From contig OZ116699.1 in NCBI GenBank assembly GCA_964199315.1, positions 29,636,001 through 29,700,000 on the forward strand: 64,000 nucleotides of DNA, in the 5' to 3' direction. This DNA is from Orbicella franksi. Taxonomy: Eukaryota. The position numbers and the translations under genes are program-made. Under the pieces are notes generated by a model. The model worked only from the letters and a program-made list of their open reading frames with translations. It ran no database searches and was not told where the DNA came from. Each line of letters opens with the position of its first letter. Within the stretch, counting starts at the first letter, position 1. Below are positions 53,301-64,000 of this stretch, one piece after another.

Positions 53301-56300
53301 GCTTTATACTTTCCAAGAAAAATTCTGGCTTTTGAGATATCCCAGACCCCTTGGAAATTCCAGTGTTTTGCAAGTTACATGTATGCATATGTTTTCTGGA
53401 ACTGACACTCAGCATAATGAACGTCTACAGAATGAGCTACAGTGTATTTCTGACACCAGTCTCTGGAATTAAATACAGTTTAACATTGGTCAACTGGGGT
53501 TGCAGTCATTTCTTAAGAATACATGACAGATTGTATATATTCAACATTAGTACATACCACACAAGTGAATAGTGCTTTTCGTGCGCTCTGATTGGTTAAC
53601 TTGGAGGTGATTAGCAAGTACTATTCACCTCTGAGCAGCCGGTGTGAGAGATTTTAAAATTTCTGACCACTTGTCACACATAAAATAACGTTTTGGTCCG
53701 CTAATTATTCAGCTTGTGTGGTATATACTGAAACAGTTATTCACCTCAGTATCGGTGAAAGTGATGGATATTTACCTCCACTTTGGTGAATAATTATTTA
53801 CCAAAGTGGAGGTAAATATCCATCACTTTCACCGATACTGAGGTGAATAATTGTTTCAGTATATACCAGACACCAGGTACCAGGTAGTATCCCAAGACTA
53901 CCTTGACAAATAATAATTAACAATTGTTAATTATTATTTGTCAAGGTAGTCTTGGGATATTTGTTGTTTTTGAAAGCTGGCAGATTCAATAAACAAGCAT
54001 GGCTCAAGTGCCATATTATTAACTACTTACTAACCTAGCTTGTTTGAACTGTACTGTGGAATATTGGCCCTCTGCTGTTTGTACGGACCTTGCTGTACTG
54101 CTCGTCTGTACTGCCACAGCCATAGGCCAATATTCCCTAGTATGGCCCATGCACATAGTAAGAAGTCATTGCACATAGTTAGTAAGAAGCCATTACACAT
54201 ATTTGATATTTGTCATTGTCAGAGGCACGTAAGACAAGAGCTGAGAGTGTACGAGAAATCACCAGAGAGGCATCGGTGGAAGGTGTGTATACAAGAAAAA
54301 GATTCGTATCCTGATGGCTGACTTTTGTGTTAAAATTCACACAAACCCTGATGATATGCAAGTTACAGAGCATTCCATGCAGCTTAGTTTGCATCTGTAG
54401 TGTCTAGTTTTGATTATGCCTGCCTGTTTGGGTTATGTGTTGAATATGACATTAGATCTAAGTATTGTTATAATGGCTGCTTTCAGCATATTATGCCTTA
54501 TCATTATTTTATCTTACTTGCAGATGTAAATAATCCTGAATGGACTCGGCACAAGAAGCATGTTTTTGCTTTTAGTGAGGCTGGCAAGCCAATTTACTCT
54601 AGGTGAGTCTGACGAAAGTGAACATTACTTGGATGAACGATGCCTAATTACATTGTCAACTTATTCTTTTTAAATATTTTTTGTGATAATTATTATCTAC
54701 AGGTAATTATTGTATAACGTTACTATGAACTAGTGGGCAGAATTTGCTTTTATATACTGTTTCACCTACAAAAATGATGTTAACCAAAAATTAATGCCCC
54801 AGTGAGGGTTGTTAGTCATATGTGTCTGAACTTTATGGTGGTAATCTTAAACTACAGGTAGTAAGGTTGTTTGCTTATTTATATATGCAGGTATGGTAGT
54901 GAGGACAAACTGGCAACTCTCATGGGTGTTATGCAAGCTTTAGTTTCTTTTGTCCAGGATGGCAAAAATACAATAAGGTGAGAGTTACTCAATGGGCCAA
55001 TAACTTACTGTTCCCGTCCCCTTTGGGAGGGGCTGGCTTGATTTGATGGTAACATACATGTAGTATGGTCTGACTTTAAACTTTTCCACTGTCATTTGTT
55101 GGCAGTACTATATACAGCATCATTATCTTTATTATTTCGCAGCATACCTGGAAACTAGCTTGCAGTTAAGTGTACTGACCGGTCACGCTAATAAAGCAAT
55201 TGATTGATTGATCAGCCAAAGGAGTGGCAAATTTCAGCATTCTAGTGTACTTGTCTTATAGTAAGAATTTTGGTTAGGATTATCAAAATGTTGACACTGT
55301 CTTTGAAAGTAATAAACTAAGTGCAATCACCATGAATGTGAATGTATTGTTAGCATCCACTGATCTACTTTTACCTTTTTAGGTGTATAATGGCAGGCAG
55401 TCATAAATTTGTATTCTTAGTTAGAGGTCATGTTGTTTTAGTGGCTGTGGCATACACACAGGAGTCAGTCACTCAGGTATACTGTTCATTACATGCATTT
55501 GTATTTACTAATATTTGATGCATTTATATTTGTATAATTTAATTAGTTGTGTTTCACGTACAAAAGTAGTAATAGCCTTGAGGTGGTAAGACTCCAAACA
55601 TAGCTGGATGCTAGTGGTTTGCCAAGTAACTACATCTGACTAGACTACTGCAAATACACTGTAGTGTTGTTTCTATCTCCATTTTTAAAGTTTTCTTAAT
55701 GATTTACTCTTGTGTAAACATCTTGTTGGCATTTTATGGATAGCTGCACGTCTGCAATGCAACAAAACAGTGTGAGATGCAGTGTCGAGCCCTGTTGTAA
55801 TGGTTTTATGTGGTATGAGTTATCTCATACATTGCTGTTTAGAGGTATGCGTATCCTTACCAAAATCCTCACTGCCCTTTGAGTAGTTTTCTTTCACAGA
55901 TTGTTCTAACTCACTGATTGTATCACTTCTTGTTTTTCTCTTAGTTGGTACTACAGTTGTCCTATGTTTATAATCAAATCCTTAGTGTTTTAACTTATAC
56001 TCAACTAGCAAGAATAATGGAACAACGAAGAAATTATGATCTTAGAAGACTCTTATCAGGTAAGAAATACAGTATTATTAATGTGTTGTGTGTCAGTGCT
56101 ATTTAGAAAATGGTAAGAGCTGTTTATTATTGTAGAACATTTTCATAGTACTCAGGTTTTTCAACAGCTTTCTTTAGTGCCAGATTTTTATCTGAGATTA
56201 GCAGAGGCCAAACACTTTCCCGCTGTGTGACTTGTTGGGTGCCCCAAAGGTGCCAGCCAGTAGTACATGTAGGTCTGGGGGCTAACTCCGGAGAAATGCT

Positions 56301-59300
56301 GTTCCCAGAGTCCTTGAGACCAGAGAAACAAACTCTCCTGAAAAAGTCAAATATGTAATAACTAATAACCCTTAGTTGAGAGGGGTAGTGAATTTGACAA
56401 TTGTATTGTATTGTATTGATTTGTATAATTTGTATTGTATTGTATTGTATTGTATTATTTGTATTGTATTGTATTGTATTGTATTGTATTGTACAATTTG
56501 TATTGCGTTGTATTGTAATGTATTGTATTGTATTGATTCTGTGAAATAAAATGAAGGTGATAATCTTTGTAGTTACATGTAGCTATTATGCTTCAATATA
56601 TAAGAAGGTTATGAGATGCTTAAGCCAAAAACAGAAAGGAATGCAGTTATATGGTATCAAAGTATCAGACATGGTATGATACAGAACCACACCAAATGTC
56701 TGGCCTCCAGCCCCAAACAAAATCCTTGAGTGCTTAGCAATATTGTTTTTTACAAACAGTAGGAAATGTTTGCATAGGAAGAGAACTCATTGCCCTCAGG
56801 AGAGAGATTTCATTGTTTGGCAACACTAATATGACCTCAGGGCTTGAAAAAAACTTGAATTCCAGCTTGCCCATCAGACCAGCAGTTCTAAAATTTTGCT
56901 TGCCCTGGGCAAGTTTTACTTTACTTTTATTGCGATCTAGTTGGCAGATGACCTGCCTTGGCCCTTGCCCATCAGGCAAGTGAGAATGAAAAATAACTTG
57001 CCTGGCAGGAAAATCTACTCCCGGTCGACTGGATGGCCCTTTTTTTGAGCCCTGGTATATGGGCCTTTTTGGTCAGAAAGTCAAACGTTAAATTATTAGA
57101 ACTGATCTTTTGATCATTTGCTCTCACAGGAACAGAGAAATTTATAGATAATTTATTGAATTTAATGGATCATGAACCCAGCTTTCTGTTAGGATCGGTA
57201 AGTAAATTACTGTTAGTAGTGACTTACTTTGTTATCTGAAGTTCCTTTGTAACACATGTACAGTTTAGGAGTACATCAAGTAACATAGTGGTTCACATGT
57301 TTTCTTTGTTTGCTTTCAGGTAAGGTGTTTACCACTTTCAAGTTCTGTTAGAGAAACCATTGGTCAGAGCATGCTTCAAGCGCGAGTCAAGGTAAAAACG
57401 GCAACATCAATATTATTTATTTTGTCCTTTTGTTTTTGGTATATTTATTTATTTATTTATTTATTTATTTACTGTAGTGTTTAACTATTATTGTATTTCT
57501 TATTTATTTATTTATTTATTTGTTTAGTGTTCTTTTTAGTGTTAGTGCGTCTAGTAAATATGCTTGTAACCGTAATTGTCAGTGTAAATAATAAAGAAAT
57601 TAAAAGATTGTTAAATTTAAAAAAAAAAAACATCAATATCAGTTACATGCCAAGTACCAAGTACATGATATAGTAGCCTTATAGCAAAACCCCATAGGAT
57701 GTAATGGTCTGTTTACCTTTAAACTGTCACGTAACGCTTAGGGAATACGCGCTGCCTTACGGCTCTCAAAAACCGGTTGCGAAGGGACAAATAATTGCGT
57801 GATTCGTGAATTTTTGGTGACTCAGTAAAAGTCACGCGAACGTTCGTGAAGTAGGATATTGTTCTCCTTTTGAAAATGGCTCTTTCTCTTAATTTTTTAC
57901 AGGATCTCCAAACCTGTTTAGTTTTAAACCATAATATTTTATATAACTTAATAGTTCAGGTATTTTAAAAAAATATTTTTCCAAAGTAGTAGCAGCGGTA
58001 CCCCTCAGTATTTGAAAAGTTATTACGTTTTCATCTCGCGTTGATGAGAAACGCAGCCAGTGAAATTTTGTTTGTAAAGATCAACCATTGTTGCAGTACC
58101 CCATTGATAACAAACCCTTCCCAAAAATCGTACACGGAGTAATGTAGATTGTTCTTGTTCTACACTGTTCTCTCCTCAGGACCTGGTATTTGCCATTTTA
58201 GTTGCTAATAATCAGTTGATCACGTTGATCAGACCAAAGAAGTACAGCCTGCATCCTTCAGGTATGTTTGTACGACGTATAGGTAATTCAGTCACTTTCA
58301 TTTTTGACAACTGTACGTCTCATTAGTTTGTCATTTTAAGAATCTTTCACAGTAGAAATGATTATTTCCTGTGACGGAATTACTTTTAGTAGACGATTAC
58401 GAGAAAACATTCTTACAATAGGTAAAGAAAAAACACGCAACTTGAAATGTCTCGGAAATTGTAGCTTTACAGTACAACCTCAGATTAACGAACGAATCTT
58501 GTCCCTGTGCTCAGGTTATTTGAAATTTCTAGAGACGTGTACTTTTTGGTCTTTTTTCTATGTTAATGACAAACTTGATTAAAAAATTCCTGGTTATTTA
58601 AAGCATATTTTTCCAGCCCTTTCAGGTGAATTACAATTTATCCGGGGTTACACTGTAATAAGTTATCTTAACCAAAATGTTGCTAGTTCGGTCCATCATT
58701 TGTTCTGTGGTAAATTACACGTAGCCTCCCCTTCGAGCCCTTAATCTTTTTTTTCTGCGGTCTCTTCAGATCTTCACCTCATCTTCAACCTAGTCAGTGC
58801 GTCCACGTCATTTCAAACTGCGGAGTCCTGGACTCCAATTTGTTTACCGCGCTTTGATAACAGGTGAGTAAATAACATAACAGTGTACAAGTACTTTGGA
58901 TTAAGTACGAAATGTTGCCTGAGAATCATCCACATCGCCGACTTTTGGCAAGGATGTTAATAAGTACATAGTAACCAAGTGGGACAACTTATCCATGCGT
59001 GGCTGCCCCTCTCCTCCCCCAAGAACCCAACACAGCGACCTCAGCCGGCGTTCAAACTCGAACCGCTCGATCAAAAGTCCAACGTACTAACCATTGTAAT
59101 CATAAGGCTATCGAAAATCCCATAATAACCGTATTTCTATAATATTAACACCTGAGAGATGGACGTATTGGATAGGTTAGCTGAGATGATTTTAGTACCC
59201 TGTGATCTCCTAATTTATTGACTGTTTTGTCGTTTTTTTTTTTTTCAGTGGATATCTATACGCGCATATTTCCTATCTGGAAGACAACTGTCCAGCTTGT

Positions 59301-61620
59301 CTGTTGTTACTTTCCACTGATCGTAACGCCTTCTTTGAATTAGCGGAAACAAGGCTGAAAACGTTAGAGGTGAACACTTTTTCAATCTACATGTTGTCTA
59401 TGTTTACTTTTACATAGTGAAGACTGATGAATGTTGGAAAACAAATTAATAAGGCTTGGGGCTTGGGTGGGGGGGGGGGGGTCATGGGGAAATTATGTCA
59501 GAGAAACTAGACGAAAAAGTGTCAAGCGCTATGTCAGGACCTACATAAACCTTATGTGGTGTTTATAAGTAGTGAAAAATAAAATTAGTGACTGTCAATA
59601 GAAGTGAGCAGTACTAACAACAAGTAAGAGTAGCAACAACACAAACAACAACAACGAACAGGCCCCACCATCACCACCACCACACCAACAGCAACAATTG
59701 CATCAACAATACAGATTCAAATCAGTATTATTGAACAAATAAGTTCAACAAGTACGAACATTGTGGTGATAATCCAAGTACGTAGTTAAAAGTCTGTTCC
59801 GTCTTTTGGCAGCTGTTTTTACAGGACGTTTATGGTCCCAGCAATTAGAAGTTCACAGATAGTGGTCACGTTATATATATGATAGGTTATGCCTATTTTC
59901 TTTGTTTTTCTCGACTCAGGATGTTTAAAACTGTTTATTTCAGCGTTTGAAAAGATACAGATGTATAGAAGCTATTAATGAGGCTGTAGCGAAAAAGAGT
60001 TATAGTACAGGTGACGTTGTGTTTTATCCTCACCGTTCCCTTCGTGTCTTTCTGTTTTTTTTTTCCAGTTTGTAGGTCTGTGTCTGATACCTATTACGAG
60101 CTAATTGTACATTTATGCTTCGTTTTTGTTTTTTTTTGCAGATCAAGTCGGTATTCCAGAACTGTATCATTTTGTTTATAAGTCTAAAAGTACAGCGCAG
60201 TACACGTCTCCTGAACTCGAGGCTCCTTATGTTGAACCTGAAGAACAAGACAGGTATGAAAGAAGTAACGACCGAAGGAAGAAAGGAGGGAAGGAAGGAG
60301 AGAAGAAAGGAGGGAGGGAGGAGTAGGGAAGCAGAGCGCAAACAAATCCCGCCCTCCCCCCCCCCCCCAAAAAAAAAAAAAAAAAAAAAAATCAGAAAAG
60401 AAAAAATCTGCTCCAAAGACGGCCTGTCAATTTTGTCGAGAGTACAAGAAAACAAGAGGGGCCACGGCCTCCCGAAATCCACCGCTAGGGAGAAAGGGGA
60501 CAGGGAGGAAGGAAGGAGGTAAAGAAGGACAGAGGAAGGGACTAATGGGAAGAAATAAATGAAAGAAGGAGGGGGAAGGGAGGGACCGGAGGGAGGGAGA
60601 AAGGAGAGAGTGGAAACTATGATCAGCATTCAGCGTTTTATCTCCGTAGTTTCTAAAGTAACTATCTGTCTTATTCCTTTCCAGGCTCTTCGGTTTATAT
60701 CTTTATCTTCATCATCGGATCCACTCAGCTGCCAGGCCTCTGAAAATTTTATGTCACGTGGGCACACGAGAGATGTTGCTGGGATGGGTACGTACAAAGA
60801 AATACATTGCAAAATACATGAGTAGGAATTGTCTCAGATGCATAAATGGTAACCCTTCGATGGGAGGGTTGCGATAGCCATAGCCGCTAGCTGCTACAAA
60901 AACTGTTATTTACCGCTACATTGTACGTGTGCAATCGTTGTTAAACACTGTGTCTCGTTTTGCAGGTTACTTCAGGTTTTGAGTTATACGCTGCCTTCAG
61001 TCCGCTTGTCACCAAACCTGACGCCATCAATGCTATCAACAAACTTTTGAGATGGATCAAGGTTTGTGGCCAATGATGTTTTTCTCCTATCTACCTTGTT
61101 CAAAGGCTTGCTAGAATCTTATTGTTCCATGGTTGTAAATTCTATTGCTCCACCTCGTAGTAGCCATACTAATTAGCAGTTCAAGTTATTTATTGACTCT
61201 AGAGTGCCCCTAGGACAGTGATTTTTGTGTTTATTGTTATCTAAAAGTAGTGCTTAGCTGACACTCCACGGAATAGCACAGTAACGCTTCGTTGGAAATT
61301 TAGCATGCAACTACCGAAACACGGGCAAACGAATATGTGAAAGATCGTATATTTGAACTGCGGAGAAAGATAGGAAGACATCAATGAAATTAAAGCCTGA
61401 AAGTAAAAATTCAGGCCTGAACGGGATTCGAATCCTTGACCTCTGCGATACCGATGCAGTGCTCTACCAACTGAGCTATCAAGCCAACTGGGAGCTGGCC
61501 ACATTGTGAGTTCGTCATGTACCCGTAGATGGTATAGTCTGGTAATTTGGTTATTTTCTCTGTTATTGTTTTTAGCGCGAAGAAGAGCGACTCTTCATTT
61601 TAAGCTCACAAGTGTTCTAA
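50342..61620 (+). CDS. MON1: Vacuolar fusion protein MON1 homolog (569 aa), 17 exons
   Basis: Exons 50342-50427, 51227-51555, 54223-54282, 54524-54602, 54891-54977, 55383-55476, 55945-56059, 57130-57197, 57320-57391, 58180-58261, 58770-58863, 59249-59369, 59944-60010, 60142-60253, 60685-60787, 60966-61061, 61576-61620 join in frame (1710 nt). Motifs [60 protein letters not shown] and [14 protein letters not shown]. The short exon 3 is the least certain. Confidence 0.95.
51650..51933. mobile_element. SINE-like repeat in MON1 intron 2
   Basis: Same family as 31773-31965; ends ...gctaaccattaggccac. Confidence 0.6.
51960..53034. repeat. Palindromic element (54-bp arms) interrupted by an insertion
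   Basis: The left arm ttgtaggtcaaaatgaaattcagg...gattctc is the reverse complement of the right arm once 52047-52998 is removed. Confidence 0.75.
52047..52993. mobile_element. Non-autonomous DNA transposon (947 bp), TIR CAGCGCTCC(C/A)AGCT
   Basis: ggtta|cagcgctcccagct ... agcttggagcgctg|ggtta; subterminal GGCGAC motifs; no transposase ORF. Confidence 0.8.
53719..53868. repeat. 150-bp near-perfect palindrome (2 mismatches, no spacer)
   Basis: tggtatatactgaaacag...ctttggtgaataa|ttatttaccaaag...ttgtttcagtatatacca. Confidence 0.92.
53888..53959. repeat. 72-bp perfect palindrome
   Basis: tatcccaagactaccttgacaaataataattaacaa|ttgttaattattatttgtcaaggtagtcttgggata. Confidence 0.95.
56399..56535. 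repeat. (ATTGT)n pentanucleotide microsatellite
   Basis: Direct reading, with interruptions. Confidence 0.9.
56838..57054. mobile_element. hAT-like MITE (CAGGGCT...AGCCCTG)
   Basis: Termini cagggcttgaaaaaa / ttttttgagccctg; no 8-bp duplication preserved. Confidence 0.6.
60265..60620. repeat. Purine-rich (GGAA/GGAG) low-complexity tract with embedded poly-C and poly-A runs
   Basis: Direct reading, MON1 intron 14. Confidence 0.7.
61334..61533 (-). mobile_element. tRNA-derived SINE-like repeat in the last MON1 intron
   Basis: Minus strand tagctcagttggtagagc (A-box) and ggattcgaatccc (B-box); the acceptor stem does not close as in a true tRNA. Confidence 0.75.
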
Positions 61621-62239
61621 GGATCCTATCATTCTGGGATATGGAGTCAGTTCTGTCTTCGGAGCGTCAGAGGAAGGCTGGGTCTACCCACGCTGCTTTT
61701 CAAGCCTCGCAGAAGCAAGACCGCTGATGGTCTAAAACCCAGAAATGATATTCAGCTGGATAAATTATAGTTATTTTCAAGATTATTTTGATTTAAGAAT
61801 GAAACCGTCTCTGCAGAATGGAAATCCAGATGTAAAGAACAGTAAGAAATAAAACTTCACCGTCGACTGGAGTCTCAGTGTCTGCAGTAGCCTGTGATGC
61901 ATCAAGACTCAGCTGTTAAAATCCCGGCTGAACACTCGTCATTTTGCCAAATTGCGGTCGAACAAACCAGTACAAGAAAAACAAAATAACTTCGTCGTGA
62001 TAATCTACATCATTAACTTCACAGAGTAAGAGGTTCGCTCGCTAACGCTAACCTGCGAGTTGCTTCTTTTGTGGGTTGTTCAACGAGAGGCGCAAGTCAA
62101 GGAAAAGAAATGACAGCGCGAGGGCCATTTTCTCGAATTTCTTCGCTTCTCGCTCGGCGAACCTCGATGGACTGGGAATTAGTATGTTCGTGTGCTGGTT
62201 CATCGTTTAAAAAGAATAGAAACTGAAAGGTAAAAACAG

Positions 62240-62668
62240 AGGCGCTTTCCACTCGACCAGAAATTCCAGTTTGCATTTCCGGAAATTTCCAGTCACAAAT
62301 GGAACAGCATTTCCCGGAATTTCAGGAAAAGAGAACAACCTCGCGAGGTATACCTTGCCAAGTTCCTAGGCCTCAAAATTGCCCCGAGGTCAGTCATTTC
62401 TAGGCACGTGGTCCGGGGCGAAAGTTCGTTTCGGATGCGTAACCGAAATCAATTGACCGTGAAGGCCTGGGAGAAAGCCGTAGAGGAACTAGGCAAAGGT
62501 ATACCCAAATTTTCGAAAATTCCCTTTCCATTTGATTTTCCTCTCGGAAGTTTCGGTTGAATGGTTCGCATTTCGAAAATTCATAATTTTCGGATTTTCC
62601 GGCATTTTAGTATCATTTGTCTTTCTTTCGAAAGTCCCAGAATTTCTGGTTGAATGGAAAGCGCCCCA
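62240..62668. mobile_element. MITE with TIR ggcgctttcca(c/t)tc(g/a)accagaaattc, interrupted by a nested element
   Basis: Left ggcgctttccactcgaccagaaattc, right gaatttctggttgaatggaaagcgcc. Confidence 0.75.
62355..62496. mobile_element. 142-bp nested element, 13-bp TIRs, 9-bp target duplication
   Basis: aggtatacc|ttgccaagttcct ... aggaactaggcaa|aggtatacc. Confidence 0.75.
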
Positions 62669-63718
62669 AGTGAGAGATGTCGACCTTCTCACATTTTGAG
62701 AGGTCAGAGTACAGTGCACTGCTGGTTGTCAATTCTACTGTGTGAAATGCTGTACATAGTGTACAGAGCTGTTTTCATAGTTCTTGCCCATCTTATACCA
62801 GTACAAAATTTTAAATAGGTATAGATGAAACCTTAGCTTGAAAGAAGCAGAAGATTTGTAACAATTATACACTACGTTGATGAAATTAAAAAGGCGTTCT
62901 GTGGTTTTTGAAGAAAACAACCACATCGACAAAAATAATCTTATTTTTTATCATTAAGTTCAACAGTTAACCCGCTCCTGCTTTCTGTTGAGTGATTGCA
63001 GTCCCCCCCTCCCCGGCGCTTAGGGATGATCAGAAATGAAGCCCCATTGATGTGATCGCATGTACCCGGGATAACCACCCCCACCCCCTGCCAAGGCAGC
63101 TTTATTAAGCGTTTATATTTATTAAGACAAGTCCCTTGTTGGGCTAATCAAAGTTGACCCCGTGAATATTCATCACCCTTGTTGGATATTCAAACGCGCA
63201 GTTATGCCTGTTTCTTTGAGTTGAATTTTCCAAAGAAACAAGTAAAAAGCTAGCTCGGGCAGGGTAACCCGAGGGGGAGAGGAACGGGAGTGTCGCAGGT
63301 ACCAGAGACCATATAAACGGGTCCTAACCGTTTTAGTACGTTACTGTCGACTCGGCAGAAATCATGCGCACTTTAACCGTCCATGCACGTGCTTCAAGGC
63401 TTCCTTCTATGATGTTCCTACGTTTTGAACCACTGTTTACAAAGTTTGTCAGACATCCGTTACACTTACTTAACTTCTGATTTTGTTTGATTTCCCCTTA
63501 CCTGGGTGTAACAAAATTGCCTATAAATAACGTCGCCTAGAACTTTTCAGCTAACAACTTCGTTTACAATAAAAAAAGGCTTGATCTGTTAAGTCTCGAA
63601 AACAATAAATAGTGTCTTTCTACATGCAATGTGAGTAGTTTTCAAAAATTATTTTCTGAGATTTTACCATTCCCATGTGCCTTTTAGCTCTGGAGAAATT
63701 CGCGGAAGATTTCTAATT

Positions 63719-64000
63719 ACAGTGAAACGTCTATTAAGTGGACACTTAGCCTGGTCCCGAAATTAACGTGTCATATTTCCCTTTATAACAAACCCCTATT
63801 CAGCGGACACCTCTGTTAACGGACGCGGACACTAAAACAAATTGTATTTGGCTGATTTATATTGTTAAAAGCCTCTATTGAGCGGACACCGGACTGAATT
63901 GACAATGTGGCATTGGATTACGTCCTTGAAATAGTCGATTAAATGTACCCTTATCGTTGCTGTATGGAAGGGTATTACAGTGAAACCCCGCTCTACGGAC
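63719..64000. mobile_element. pogo/Tc1-like MITE ends (TA-CAGTGAAAC), running off the window
   Basis: tacagtgaaacgtctattaagtggacac at about 63719 and tacagtgaaaccccgctctacggac at the window end; repeated gcggacac motifs. Confidence 0.5.

Noticed and set aside
60030-60825. ORFs of 199, 135 and 88 aa within MON1
   Set aside because: Translations of the purine/pyrimidine low-complexity tract in intron 14.
61405-61500. tRNA gene
   Set aside because: A/B boxes are present, but there is no closing acceptor stem and it is embedded in a longer repeat; treated as a SINE head.

Overview
AT-rich, intron-containing animal DNA. The repeat families and gene content look like a scleractinian coral or related anthozoan (inference). 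I rebuilt gene models by hand from splice sites, because most entries in the six-frame ORF track are spurious or exon fragments. In order: a possible small divergent exon (3.5-3.75 kb); thymidine phosphorylase (4 exons, +, one GC-AG intron); mitochondrial ATP synthase subunit b (10 exons, -); an intronless 358-aa orphan ORF (+); a head-to-head paralogous pair of PAN/apple-EGF-fibrinogen-like proteins (the - copy is frameshifted and internally shortened); three paralogous intronless class A GPCRs; a 4.3-kb 8-mer satellite between two of the GPCRs; and MON1 (17 exons, +). MITEs, tRNA-derived SINE-like repeats, palindromes and microsatellites are scattered throughout, and there is one assembly gap. 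There are no CRISPR arrays, rRNA or true tRNA genes. The best leads are (i) the PAN-EGF-fibrinogen-like pair with an atypical C-terminal domain, (ii) the orphan GPCR trio with an unusual E3.32/K3.33 pocket, (iii) the satellite, which appears to be a runaway amplification of one 8-mer in one arm of a foldback transposon, and (iv) the orphan ORF.
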